DNA of 64,000 nt from Rhynchopus sp. YZ270_cl-10. Taxonomy: Eukaryota. Positions 31,162 to 44,396 of this stretch are shown piece by piece. Position 1 is the stretch's first letter. Every line of letters starts with the position of its first letter. Below the pieces are notes generated by a model. The model had not been told where the DNA came from. It saw only the letters and a list, made by a program, of their open reading frames with translations, and ran no database searches. The translations under genes and the position numbers were made by a program. Where the stretch lies: the NCBI GenBank assembly GCA_964035575.1, contig OZ037836.1, positions 1,612,001-1,676,000 of the forward strand. Direction: 5' to 3'.

Positions 31162-31799
31162 CAGGGTATTAGGGTGGTTAAAAAAACTGGTTTTGAAAAC
31201 CAGTTTTTCCAAAAACTGGTTTTCAAAAAAAAAAAAAAAAAACAGAGAAATCTGGAGGGGAAAAAAAAACCGACACTTTTCACCAGGCCTTTCTGTAAAT
31301 GTCGTCCCCAGATTAGGGCGGACTCGATTTTTTTCCCCGCATTTTTCCCCCGCCTGGTAGAACCGTGGTTGAACCACGGGAGTGCCTTTGGGAAATGGCT
31401 GTTCCTTGATTTTTTTTTGCCTGCGGCGCCATTTTTCATTTTTTGCTCCGCAAAAAAGGGTTCGTTTGAGTGGCTCTGTGGTGTAAAAAGCTAGATTTTT
31501 ACACCGTACCCTCAAAAATTTTCGCCTGAGGCGCCATTTTATATTATTGTTTTGCTCCGCAAAAAAATATGCAGTCCCTATGTTCCCAATGTCTACCCTG
31601 GGTCAGCAGCGCCGAAAAATATTTTGAAATCTGGATTCCTGGATAAGACACTGACCCCACCCCCGAAAAACCCGAAAAGGGTGACTGTGTCCGTCAACGG
31701 TGGAGGTTTTCGCCAGAAACACTAGTTTTTGCCGCCCAGGAGAGAAAACCAGAAAAACCAGTTTTTTCCGGGATTTTGGATTTTCACCCTAATACCCTG
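31162..31799. mobile_element. MITE, TIR CAGGGTATTAGGGTG, 7-bp flanking direct repeat GTTGTAG
   Basis: Perfect 15-bp TIRs; GTTGTAG at 31155-31161 and 31800-31806. The interior is similar to ~43665-44005 and ~17900-18010. Confidence 0.8.
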
Positions 31800-33501
31800 G
31801 TTGTAGTGGGGGATAAAAAAAAATATCTCTTTTTTCCCACCTGAATATCCCCATCCCCAAGGAAAATCCACACCACAAACGCGGTGTGGGAAGTGGGGGA
31901 TAACTGTAGTGGGGGCAGGGGTCCTAAGAGTGGTAACTTTTACCACTTCTGAAGTGACCTTTTTTATTTTTTTGAAATCCGAAGGTCACTTCGAAGTGAC
32001 CTTCGAAAAGTGCCCTAAAAAGTGACCTTTTTATTTTTATTTTTTGAAATCCGGTGTCGCGAAGTGACCTCGGATGCTTAACATACACTGGGAGCACGTT
32101 GGAGGGTCCGGGAATTTTTTTCTTTTTTGCCAAGATCAGGGGTATGCAGGGCTGCAGGTTGCCACAATTTTAAGCGCAATTTTTTGAAATGTTGCGTACC
32201 GTGGCTTCGCCAGAAACTTTCGTTTTAGCAAAATACGTAAGTAATTTACGGAAACTGACGATAATTACCAACGACAATGCCATTTTATGTCAACATTTTT
32301 TAGAAATGTTGCGTACCGTGGCTTCGCCAGGAACCTTTGGGTGACATGACCGCCGTTTCTTTTATAAATGTACTGAGGTTACTGATAAGAAGGCCGACAC
32401 CCACTAAACATCTGCCAAAACATCTGCCCATGGCTGTGTTGTGTTGTTCGTGGTAAGAAGCATAACGGTGGCATCAGACTGCGACACGAAATTGCCTCAC
32501 AAAAAAAAATCGTATCTAGTACTCTGTCCCTATGATACGGCGATAACCAACGTCCAGTGTATGTCCGAGGAATTTGCACCTTTTCAACCTCACTTTTGTT
32601 GTTCCTCTGAGGGGGGAACGTTTTTTTTTTTCTCTCCCCAAAAAACGAGAAGTGACCTTGAAGTTACCATTTTTAATTTTTTTGAGAACAGCGTTAGGAC
32701 CCCTGAGTGGGGGATAAAATAAAATAAAATGGGGGAGAAAAAACGGGGGATAATTGTTTTATCCCCCACCCCCCTTTACTACTCAAACAATTTATCAAAA
32801 AAAAAAAAAAAAAAAGTACAAAGAAGAGAACAAGAAATGCAGGAAAAATATACAAATTGGTGTGGCTGAAGCCAGCGAATTCCACTGATAAAAAAATGAT
32901 AACAAACTGCTATCTAATACCCCTTTTTTTAGGGGCGGTGACAATGAAATACAATTTGGTGCTTCCCGGGGGGTATGCATTTCACAATTTTCACAAAATG
33001 TGACAAGTTTTCACAAGTTTTCACAACACGAAAACCGCTATAAAATTGTGAAGGCTGGTGAAAAATGGTGAAAAGTTGTGAAAAGTTGTGAATTGATTTT
33101 TTTTTTGGGGGGGGGTTTTTTTTGGGTTGGGTGGTGACCCACCCATTGAGGGGTATGCTGGGATTCACAAGATAGAACGTGATGTGGTGTACCTGTGTCC
33201 GGGAAGCACCAGACAATGCAAAACAAACAAAGTAGCAAAAACAAAAAAACAAAGCAAACAAACTTACAAACCCCCCCTTCCCCCTTTTTTTTAAAATACT
33301 CTAGGGTACATTTACACCCTGTTCTACTTCCTATTTAGCAGAATAGAAGTCACTGTACCGGTAACATATACTGATCGTAAGCCAAAGCCCAGAAAAGGCC
33401 AAACATTTTTACGGTCAATATCGTACGGTATTCTATTTTTGCTCTGTTTTTTCTCTCCCCCTTCAGCCCTAAATAGAAAGCAACAACACAAAAAACTCAA
33501 T

Positions 33502-35370
33502 ATGCTGAAGCGCAGTTTGCTTAGACAGGGGTGGTCTGAGAAGAAGTACGGCGACGGCAGCCAGACACTTCACCCTGGTAACCAAACGGCGTCGATGTCC
33601 TCGCGATTCGAGCTGAACAGCAACACAGGTCAGGGGTTCATGAGACAGAGATGGACGACAATGTCACACACGCACGACCCTCGTGTCACCTACAGTGCTG
33701 AGCCGTGGAACAACCCCTTGAAGCAGACCACAGGCCTGAGCGGGCTCATCGTAGACCACAGATGGCGCAAGAAGCTGATGATGCTCTACACGAATATCCT
33801 CAATGAAATCAAGATGGTTCCCGAGACCAACGTCTATCGCCAGACGGTCGAGAACATTTACCGCGAATTTTTGCGCATTGTGACGAACGTTGGAGACACC
33901 GACTGGATGATTGTTGAGCGCAAAATCGGGCTTGGCCAGGTCGAGCAGTTGGTTCAGTATGCAATGGATGAGCGCGAGCTGGTGCAGTCCTACGCTGAGT
34001 GGAAGTTGTGGTTGATTCCGATCGAGACCATCCGGGAGTGCGTCGAGGAGTCGAAGGCCTCGCAGTACTACAACAAGGCTGGTCCCCCGGAGCCGTACCT
34101 GAGTGACGCCGAGATCAGCGACATGAAGAAGATTGACCAGCAGCGCATGGCCGAGGAGCAGAAGTACATCGCAGCGGACCTGAAACGCATCTCCGGTAAA
34201 AGCACCCGAATGATGATCGACGACAGCGAGTCGCGCGAGGTCAAACGCTTGCAGTACAAAGCAGCTGTCGAGGAATACATCAGGGAAACCAAGGTCTCCC
34301 GCACCTTCGAAATCGCATCAGACGGAAGCGTCTCTGGACAGCACAGGCCGGACGGCAATGCGCAGATACCAGTATGTGGTTCTTAGATAAGATGGTGAGA
34401 AACTCATTCATCTTACGGCTGCACTTTGTAAAAAAAAAAAAAAAAACTTGATGTTTTGTTCACCCCTAATATTTGACACCCACCCGTGAACATTTTGTAG
34501 AGACTTTGGAAAATTCACCTTTATTAGAAAAATAAATTCACATTTATCACCCACAAAGCAACGCTTAAAACGCGAGACACCAACAGCCGTTTTGCCAGCT
34601 GTGTGCACGTTTAGGAAAACGCAACTTCCCGCTTTATCCCTTCTTTAAACCCCATTTTCTTGGAGCTTCCAGGACCGTACATTGCCCCGTTCCTTAAAAA
34701 GGAATGGGAAAAAAGGTGTCAAAAATGCTATGAGAAATCGGTCAACGACCTGTCAGCGATCTGTCAATATCGACCCCCTCCGGAGTACCTAAAAAAGAAC
34801 CTTTTTAATTGGGAAAAAACATAAAGCAATACAGAGAACCTTAAAACCAAGATTGGTGTGGCTGAAAGGGGTGCAAAAAAAGTGCTATTTTTATGCTATT
34901 TTTGGGGTCAGCCACACCAAAGATGTTTTTCACTACGAACATGATAAGGTGACTAAGCACGAGAGGCTTAGGGTCATCTTATAAACTTTTCTTCATTTCC
35001 ACTAACACCACAGACTATCCCTGAGGAGGAAGCGGACGACAGGACACGGTTCGACGTAGCGAACAAATACGATGTCGATGTGGACGCCAAGAAGCGTGCC
35101 CTTGAGGACTGGAAGGAGACCGCCTACTGGAACCAGGCCTTCGCCTCCAGCGGCGGGATCCCGGCACAGGCAGAGGGTACGTTGCCCACACGTCTGCAGT
35201 CGTGGGAGTCTGAGAAGGAGGGAGGTCTGACAGCCTACCCTGGTGTGGACATGCCGCACAATGCGCCAGCATCGCACGGAAACAACCGGGGGAGGAGGAT
35301 AGCAAAATGGATCAAACCCGGCCAGGCACTCTCCGCCACCCAAGAGCAGCCCCCACAGAAGAAGCCTTAA
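33502..35370 (+). CDS. NDUFA5: Mitochondrial complex I NDUFA5-like protein with extensions (2 exons: 33502-34371, 35014-35370)
   Basis: TTGLSGLIV...LYTNIL...YRQTVE...ERKIGLGQVEQLVQYAMDE...WKLW motif. GTATGT...ACTAAC...CACAG intron keeps the frame. Confidence 0.8.
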
Positions 35371-37191
35371 AAAAATACGAGATTTTTTTAAATAAAAGCA
35401 ACAAGGAGGGAGGGACGAAATGGGGCGGGCGGGGGGAAAACTAAAGAACGAAATAAAAAATCACAGTACTTGAATGCATAAACAACAAATAACAAAAAGC
35501 TATTTGTTTCGGAGGGCGACTTCCGTCTATATCTTTTAAGTACACCTTCGGGCGACATTGAGTACAGATCCTGCACTAGCAGGTGATTTGCCGAAACAAC
35601 AAAAAAAGCAACAACAACAACAAGGAGGGGGGAGGGACGAAAGGGGCGGGCGGGGAACACTAAAGAACGAAACCAATAAGAGTAAGGGGGGGGGGGGGGA
35701 AACGGACAAAGATAACGCTGAGTGATTGGGTACCGTATCGATGGTTTCTTTTCTTTTCTTTTCTTTTCTATTTTTTCTTTTTTCTGGATATGTGTGTTTT
35801 TTTTCCCCCCTCCCCTGTTCTTGTTTCTGTAAATGAGGTGTGCGTGTGTGTGTTATTGGTATGAACCAAGCATTGGCAAATGAGGAAATATAATTGATTG
35901 GCGTTCGGTTTCCTACAAATTGTGTGTGTGTGTGTGTGTGTGTTTTTCCCCCCCTGTTTTTTTTTTTTTTTTTTTTTTTTTTTTCATTCAGTATTTGTTT
36001 GACTACTACCCAAATCGAGACTCACAAAAAAAAATCCCCCCGATCTGTACGAAGGTGAAGAAGTAAAGTGACTTGACCTGTGGTTTTCCTTGTCGTTTCA
36101 CCGTTCTGCTTATAACGATAAAACCGCAAATAGATAGTGGAGCCTGCACAACTGTGGGCAACACAAACCGAGGCAACTACACATACTCCAACAATTTATC
36201 AAATAAAAAAAAACCAAGTCAAGTTATTTACTTCACAGTCGCGTTTAGCATGTACCCTCTGCCCTGCCGCCGTGTAGGGAAAAGAGCAAATAGTAGGGGG
36301 GTAAGACCAAGTCAAGTAGCGTACCAACTCTCTGCTTCCTAAGACCCCGCATCCCGCACCCTCTCCCCCCCCTTTTTTTTTTGGAGTGCTAAGTACACCT
36401 AGCACAAGAGTGCTTAGGTTTTTAGTTTGAAAAGAAAAACAAGTTTCCCCCCCCCTGAAAGTACACGACGTTGAAGTAAATGACTTTACTTGTGGTTTTA
36501 CATGTAATTTTACTTGAAAATAGTTTACTTGTGGCACACGTAAAAACGTAAGCGTACAGCTTAAACACAGTAAAAAAAAAAATGACATGTAAAACCTCAA
36601 GTAAAGTAATTTACTTCAACGTTGTGTATTGCCCAGACGGCCCTCCCCCCTCCCCCATATCTCCCCCCATCCCTTTCCTACAACCACGGTATGGTCTTAA
36701 TCGAGTATGAGTCTTTATAAATCCAATTTTTTTTTTTTTTTGGGCACAACTTTGGCTTTTCGATTACCACCAGCGAACTAGACTTGTTGGTATACCCGTA
36801 CAACTTGGTACCCGACCCCTCTTGGTAACATGCTAAATAACAGAGTTTTATTTTGTTTTGTTTTGTTTGTGTGCTTTCTCTTCGGATGGAAAGCATACGA
36901 AATTGATTTTTTGTGCTTTGTGACATGTCATTTTATAACATGTACTATCGGGATGCTATCGGATGATTTGACCATCGGGACCTGGGTAATGTGATGTGGT
37001 GAAGCATGTCATGTGACGTGACATGTGCATGTTATGTTTAGGCATGTCATGAAGCATGTCATGTTATATTGCCAAAAACCTTAGGAACATCATCACCGTG
37101 TGTGACTTCACGTCTACATCAACACTAATCAAAAACATACAGAGCACAAAGCACTTTCAAAATATACAAATATAGTGGAGCACACTCTAGG

Positions 37192-37426
37192 CATAGTGTC
37201 CAGACGAACTTTTTTGGTTCGTCGACGAGCCAAAAGCTCGTCGTTTTGGTTCGTCGATGTTCGTCGACGAACATCGACGAACCAAAAGTGTCACTCACTT
37301 TATAAGGGCCCTCCCACACGACGAACCAAAAGTTCGTCGATGTTCGTCCGACGAAGATTGACGAACTATACCCCCCCAGACCCAGGACGAACATCGACGA
37401 ACTTTTTGGTTCGTCTGCACACTATG
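37192..37426. mobile_element. MITE, TIR CATAGTGT(C/G)CAGACGAAC, 6-bp TSD TCTAGG/TCCAGG
   Basis: 18-bp TIR with 1 mismatch and internal GACGAAC repeats; a related empty site is at ~39030-39055. Confidence 0.75.
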
Positions 37427-37980
37427 TCCAGGGTGGCTACACTAATACAACCAAGTTTTCAAACAACAAAAAAAACATTTTCAAAACCCCCCATGATCTG
37501 GTGAGTATGCTATTTTCCATTATGTGTGTGTGTGTGTTGATTTTTCCCTTCTTCCGTTGTCGATACCAAACAGGTAAAACACTTCTCCCCCCCAACCCTC
37601 TACCCTCATGCCCCCCATTTTTTTTTCTCACACTACCATTCTTCTTGGGATATGCACTTTTATTCTTGTAAATATCAAAAGAAAGGGTGCATGTGTGTTG
37701 ACCCTCTCAAATACTTTCAATTCTGTGAACTGAAAGTATATGAATCTAATTTGTAAATTTCAAGCCACATTTGGTTGACATTCAGCCGGGCATTCTGTTC
37801 CGCGTAGTTCGCCCAAACGCATACGGGGCGCAAACGGGCCGCCTCACTCTCTCTCTCTCTCTCTCTATCTCAAGAATTTTTTTTTGCACCTCTTTCACCA
37901 GGGAAACACATCACCACTTCCCTCCCCCCCTACACAAATATAAGGCTGACGGTCCTCCGTCTCCCGTCTCCCCTTTAAGG

Positions 37981-40900
37981 ATGAAGGCAGTTAAATTCAA
38001 TGATGCCTCGTACTACAATTTGACCGATGGCGCCACACTGCCAGACTGGCTCTCGCAGACGAAGAAGGCGAGTCTTGCCAAAGAACAGAAGCGCCGCCGT
38101 GTCGAGCTGCTGCAGGACCTGGAGTTCAAAGGGGGCGCGCCGATGGCGATTGAGGTGACGGCAGACCAGGGGTATATGTGGATTGCGGGGGAGTACCCTA
38201 GCCATGTACGATGCTATGATCTCAACGAAGTCTGCCTAAAATTTTCCCGCTACACAGAGACCCCTATCGTCTCAATGCAGCCCATCAGCGACGACTATAA
38301 GAAAATCGCCTTCCTCCAACGGGATAGATGGCTCGAGTTCCATGGGCAGGGAGGCAGGCAGGCGAGGGTCCGTGCACCAAAGGAAGGCAGGAGCATCTTG
38401 TACGACCGAAACACAGCGAACATGGTCATGACGACGTCCTGCAGTAGTGTGTACTACTTCGATCTTGATGGTGGTGCGTTTTTGGGTATGGATACACAAC
38501 ATTGTTTTGATATACTGCGCGACAGACCTAATTATTGTGATCAAAAAAAGGGTCATGAGAGGGCTGTATTTAAAGTTATTTAAGTCATCAAGGCACCTCT
38601 TGTTTAGCCAGCTGTTGCTGATGCTGTGCGATGACGAATATGATAAGGTGACTAAGCACGAGAGGCTTAGGGTCATCTTATAAACTTTTCTTTATTTGAA
38701 AGAAAGTAGAAAGTAAAAAAAGGCAAAGGCTTCGGCCGACATTGAGTACAGATCGTAATACCAGTAAGGTGTAACGTGATTGTCGATACAACAAAAACAC
38801 AGATTCCTGATACCCACTGAAGTGGTCGCATTACCTATCAATTCATAGGTTCCGCTACTTTGATCAATCCCGATCCACAAAAAAAAAATCTTTGTATAGT
38901 GGAGTACATCCTGGGGTGTCTACGCTAATACAACCAACATCATCACCGTGTGTGACTTCACGTCTACATCAACACTAATCAAAAATATACAGAGTACAAA
39001 GCACTTTCAAAATAAACAAATATAGTGGAGCATACTCTATCCTAGGGTTGCTACACTAATACAAACCAAGTTTTCAAAATATTTTCAAAAAATCACATTT
39101 TTTACAAAAAACAGAGCACTCACAAAAAAAAACTTTCCCTCCACACACAGAACCTGTCATCACCGAAGCTGAGGCAAACGACTGCGCCGCACTGTGCCCT
39201 GCTCATCCACTTCTTGCCATAGGAGGTGTTAACGGCAAGGTCGAATGTGTGGACATGCGTGCCTCCAACCGCGCGATCTCCTCTTTAGATGTCATCTCCG
39301 GGCTTGGTCTGCGCATGGACGACAACGACTCTGTGTCGTCTGAATCCGATATGTTCGCTTACCTCGATGCGCCAGCCAATGCCATCACCTCCCTCTGTTT
39401 TGACGACTCAGGAATGACTCTGCTAGCAGGCACCTCAGAAGGTGCGATCGGAGTGTACGATATCCGCAAGAACACCCCAATGTTCGTAAAGTCGCACAAC
39501 AACTCCCTCAGAATGCAGAAGCTGCAGTTTCACACCTGCTTCGACAAAAAGCAGGTCATTTCCGCGGATACGAAGGGAATCAAAATATGGGATGCCTCAA
39601 CAGGGGAGACGTATCTGTCGATGGACACTTCGGCGGAATTGTACAGTTTTGCGGTTCCGAAGAGCGGAGAAGGGCGTGATGGAGGTGTCATCATGGCTGC
39701 GTGCGATACACCCCACGTTAACATCTTTTTTGCCCCGCAGCTTGGACCAGCTCCGGCATGGTGTTCATACCTCGAGAACATCACTGAAGAGCTGGAAGAG
39801 GCTGATACCGCAGTTGGACAATTCGAAGACTTTAAATTTGTGACCCAAGCAGAGTTGGAAACCCTCAACCTTACACACCTTCTCGAACAAAATTCAGACC
39901 AGGTTCGTCCTTACATGCACGGATTCTATGTGGATCTTAATCTCTACCGAACGACCAAGGCTATAATGGATCCGCAGGAATGGCGTGATTTTAAGCGGCA
40001 AAAGATGCTTGACAAAAAGGAGGCTGAGGATCGGATTACGGTAGTGAAAAGGAAGAAGGAGAATTTGTTGAAGCCGGTTGCAGAGGAGCAGGCAGAGGAA
40101 CCAATTGATCGATTTGCCCCCAAAAATGATAAATTTGCGGTAGATGTGAAGTCCGAAGCCTACCAGAAATACCATCCAGGGGAGAAGATGGATGCATTCC
40201 GCACGGTTGGGGATGATTCTGATATTGACAGTGACGGAGCGAGTTCTGGTCTGTCCGACACAGCGCCTGCACTGCCAAGAAGACAAGCGAACACCACCGC
40301 ACCCAAAAAGGTGCAAATGTTCGAACTCAAAGAAGGCAGGAATATCATGGAGAGCACCCTCGAACAGCACCAAGGAAGCAAGCGAGAACGTCATGAGAAA
40401 TTGACGCTTGGCGAGCGGCTCAAAAAGCACAACGAAAAGAAGATGAAGAACCCGGCCCAGAGCACCGTGCGCACCGTCGATGGCGGGGCGACGAAGGAGA
40501 TTAAGTGGTCTGCTGGGGAGCAGAAGACGCCTCGCTCGAACACTTCAGAGTTCAAATATAAGGAGGACGACGACGGCGGCAAAGGGGGGAAGGGACAGCG
40601 CAGGTCCTTTAGTGTATGTGCTCTTTTTTTTTATGGGGCCCAAGAGAGAGAGAGAGAGAGAGAGAGTGACACCCCCTTCCCTTTTTTGTGTTTTTGGGTT
40701 TTTGGGTTTTTGGGTGTGAAAATAAAGTAATTCGAGTGACAACAAAGGACAAAAAATAAAATAAATAACTATTTATTCACGTGAAATAAGATTCCCTTTA
40801 TTTCACGCTCCCGGACTGGAGTCACAAGTGGGTTAATTTTCACGAGCGTAGCGAGTGAAAATTATGAAACGCGTGTCTCCAGGCCAGGGAGCGTGAAATA

Positions 40901-43629
40901 TGAATCTTATTTCACATGAATACAATATTTTATTCAGCGTTTGCGGAGGTCAAAGTACAATTTCTACAGGGGGGCAGTCAAATAGGGTAGGTGTTATGAA
41001 AAAATATACGTGTTTTGTCTACGGTGGTGTTTGTGACGGCCCAAAAAGCAAGTTGGAAAAGTCCTGAGGCAGAATCGTGGTTTTTATGCACATAGTATCT
41101 CACTTTTTTTGGTGACAAATGGAGTGTGCGTGCTAGGCAGCTTCACTCACACACGCAGTTCGCGGCACGCTGTAGCGTGCACTCACGACCCTGTTTTAAA
41201 ACTGGCTGGCACCTGTGAACAAACACATCAATACACTCACAAATCATTCCGGTCAAAAATATGCATTTCTGAGCGCAAGTGACCCAATCCCACTCCACTG
41301 GTGGTAGTGTGTCGCAGACACATGTTGCCTTGTATGCCGACACAGTCACGCCCCCGTGTGTCCGTTGCAGTGATCAATCACAGTGCACTCCGTGCAATTC
41401 GGGTACCCCGCAAACCCAGCAGCACACTCGTCGCACGTCGCACCAGCAAAGCGAGCGTTGCACGTGCACGAGCACTCCGTCTTGTTCACGTTGTGTGTCA
41501 CAGCACTGCTGTGCGAGCTGCAGTGCACGTCGTCTGTGGTAACCGATGTAGCCCGCAGCACACTCGCCACAGCTTGCGCCAGTGAATCCGGTCGCACATG
41601 TGCCCACACAGGTCGACTTATCCGCGTTGTGTGTCACAGACGTGCTGTATTCACTGTATTGACACAAAATAATTCATTTTTGGACTTTTTTAAGCCAAAA
41701 ATGGCCTGAAATAGTGGTGTATTCTGAGCGGAAACAGTGCGTGAAAATAAAAGGATTTTATTTCACTTTATATTCACGCAAAAAAAAGCTTTATATTACT
41801 GTGAATAAAGTGCGTTTTCGCGGCTACTCCAACGTATTTCTCTGCGTGAAATAAGGCTCGAGTGAAAATAAAAAACGAATAAAGGCATCTTATTTTCACG
41901 CTACGGCTATTTTACGACCAAAACTTTATTTCACGTGAGTTGAATAATGCCATTCTTATTTCACTGCCCCCTGTAGAAATTGTACGTGACCTCCGCAAAA
42001 AGACGAATAAAACTTTTTTCACTTTTTGCCCTTTTTTTTAAACTTTTCTTACAAATTAATCATGGCTGTGTAACTTAGGTGACCTAAGTTTTTTTTAAAA
42101 AAAAAACTTAAGTCACCTAAGTTACCTTAGGTCATCGTTTTTTTTTTTTTTTTTTTTTTTTGCTTGGGTGGTGAAGCTGCAGGTGGTCTGAAGAGTGATG
42201 TGACCGTATTCTCTAGGTATAACAGTTACTCAAAAAATGCATTGACGAAGGAATTTTGCACTTTGACCACCATCGATTACATACTGTGTACTGTGTACTG
42301 TGTACTGTGTACTGTGTACTGTGTACTGTGTACTGTGTACTGTGTACTGTGTACTGTGTACTGTGTACTGTGTACTGTGTACTGTGTACTGTGTACTGTG
42401 TACTGTGTACTGTGTACTGTGTACTGTGTACTGTGTACTGTGTACTGTGTACTGTGTACTGTGTACTGTGTACTGTGTACTGTGTACTGTGTACTGTGTA
42501 CTGTGTACTGTGTACTGTGTACTGTGTACTGTGTACTGTGTACTGTGTACTGTGTACTGTGTACTGTGTACTGTGTACTGTGTACTGTGTACTGTGTACT
42601 GTGTACTGTGTACTGTGTACTGTGTACTGTGTACTGTGTACTGTGTACTGTGTACTGTGTACTGTGTACTGTGTACTGTGTACTGTGTACTGTGTACTGT
42701 GTACTGTGTACTGTGTACTGTGTACTGTGTACTGTGTACTGTGTACTGTGTACTGTGTACTGTGTACTGTGTACTGTGTACTGTGTACTGTGTACTGTGT
42801 ACTGTGCGGAAATTGACCAAAAACAAGAACTTGTCCATTTCGGCAAATTGACCCCACCACTGGCCGGACGGATTCCGGAAATGCAAATGCCGGCGTTTAA
42901 AAGCTTCACCAGGCATCCGCCCCCTTCAGTGATGTTCATCGCCCAAGCAAAAAAAAAAAAAAAACGGTAACTTAAGTTAACTTAAGTGACTTAAGTTGGT
43001 AACTTAAGCTGTTTTTTAAAAATAAAAACTTAAGTTACGTTTTTTTTCTAAAAAAACTTACTGGGGGGGGGCGAATAAGAGATGTGGCATCTCTTATTAG
43101 GCGAACGGACGAGCCAAAAATAAAAATTTTTTTTTGGGGGGAAAAAAGCAAAAAGACATTTTCGCCGGAGGCAAAAAAAATTTTTTGACCACTTTTTTGC
43201 CAGACCGGGTAGACAGGGTAAAATTTCAAAATGTTTTTTCGAGATAAAACCCTGGCGCATGCAAAAAAAAAAAAAAAAAAAATACCCCAAAATCTCAACC
43301 TGATCTCTTATTCGGCCCTGATCTCTTATTCACCCCTGATCTCTTATTCGCCCCCCCCCAGTAAGTTTTTTTTTCGAAAACCTAAGTTTTTTAATTTAAG
43401 TTTTTTTTTTTAGTAGCTTAAGTTCGCCTAAATTTTCCGGAGGATTTCGGAGAAAACTTAAGTTTTTTTTTTAACTTAAGTTACACAGCCATGATTAATC
43501 TCCCCTTTTTTGTGTTTTTGGGTTTCTGCTCTTAGTATGAGAGAGGCCCTGGTAACTAAAGCACTTTCAAACAGGGGCTCCGCTACCGTATAAAGTTCTG
43601 TTGCGGCGCAACAGAAGTCTGAAAATTTT

Positions 43630-43665
<36 letters not shown>

Positions 43666-44396
43666 ATGGTTGAACCACGAGAGTACCATGGGGAACTGGG
43701 TTGCTGACCGCACCACCCAGGCTGTACCTCAATTTTTTTTTTGCCTGCGGCGCCATTTTTCCTTTTTTGCTCCGCAAAAAAGGATTCGATGTGTGACTCT
43801 GTGCTGTAAAAAGCTAGATTTTTACACTGTACCCTAAATTTTTTTTCGCCTGCGGCGCCATTTGTTTGATTTTTTTTTGCTTCGCAAAAAAAAATACAGT
43901 TCCCTATGTTCCCAATGTCCCTGGTCAGCAGTGCTGAAAAGTTTTTGGGCACAAAAACAGCTGACCCCCCTATTTTGAAATCTGAATCCCTGGATAAGAC
44001 ACTGGCGCAGGGTGAAAAAAAAACCCCCGCAACAGAACTCAAAAAAAATCTGAAAACGTAGCGGAGGGGCTGCTTTCAAATCAAACAATAAAAAAAAAAA
44101 CATTTTCAAACCACGTCAAAGAATTCTTTACCATGCAACACCACAGTATCAACCTTTTGTCATTATGATTTATCCCCAAAAAAAGGAAATATTTTCAAAA
44201 TAATCAAAAGCACTTTCAAATCAAACAAAAATATTTTCAAACTACCTCAAAAAGAATTGTTTACCACATCCCCAACACCACACAGAAAGGATCGAAGGAC
44301 GGAGGGAAGAAAGGCGGCAAGGGAAGCAAGGGAGGCAAAGGTGGAAAAGGTGGAAAAGGGGGAAAAGGAAAAGGGGGAAAGAAGGGGAAGAAGTAG
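37981..44396 (+). CDS. NOL10: Nucleolar protein 10 / Enp2 (WD40) homologue, 3 exons: 37981-38485, 39151-40613, 44286-44396
   Basis: RRVELLQDLEF...GEYPSHVRCYDL...LKFSR and LGPAPAWCSYLENITEELEE are NOL10 signatures. GT-AG introns keep the frame; the last exon is K/G-rich. Confidence 0.85.
40928..42012. mobile_element. Inverted-repeat element carrying a captured laminin/EGF-like coding fragment
   Basis: TTTGCGGAGGTCA..GTACAATTTCTACAGGGGGGCAGT at ~40940 is inverted at ~41963-41999. The minus strand encodes CSCTCNARFAGATCDECAAGFAGYPNC. Confidence 0.65.
42061..43493. mobile_element. TIR element CATGGCTGTGTAACTTA with 6-bp TSD ATTAAT
   Basis: TIRs at 42061-42077 and 43477-43493; ATTAAT at 42055-42060 and 43494-43499. 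Confidence 0.85.
42282..42806. repeat. Perfect 7-bp satellite (TACTGTG) x75
   Basis: Direct reading of the sequence: 525 bp. Confidence 0.98.

Noticed and set aside
42164..42970. Six ORFs of VLCTVYC/HSTQYTV repeats
   Set aside because: Artefact of a stop-free 7-bp satellite.
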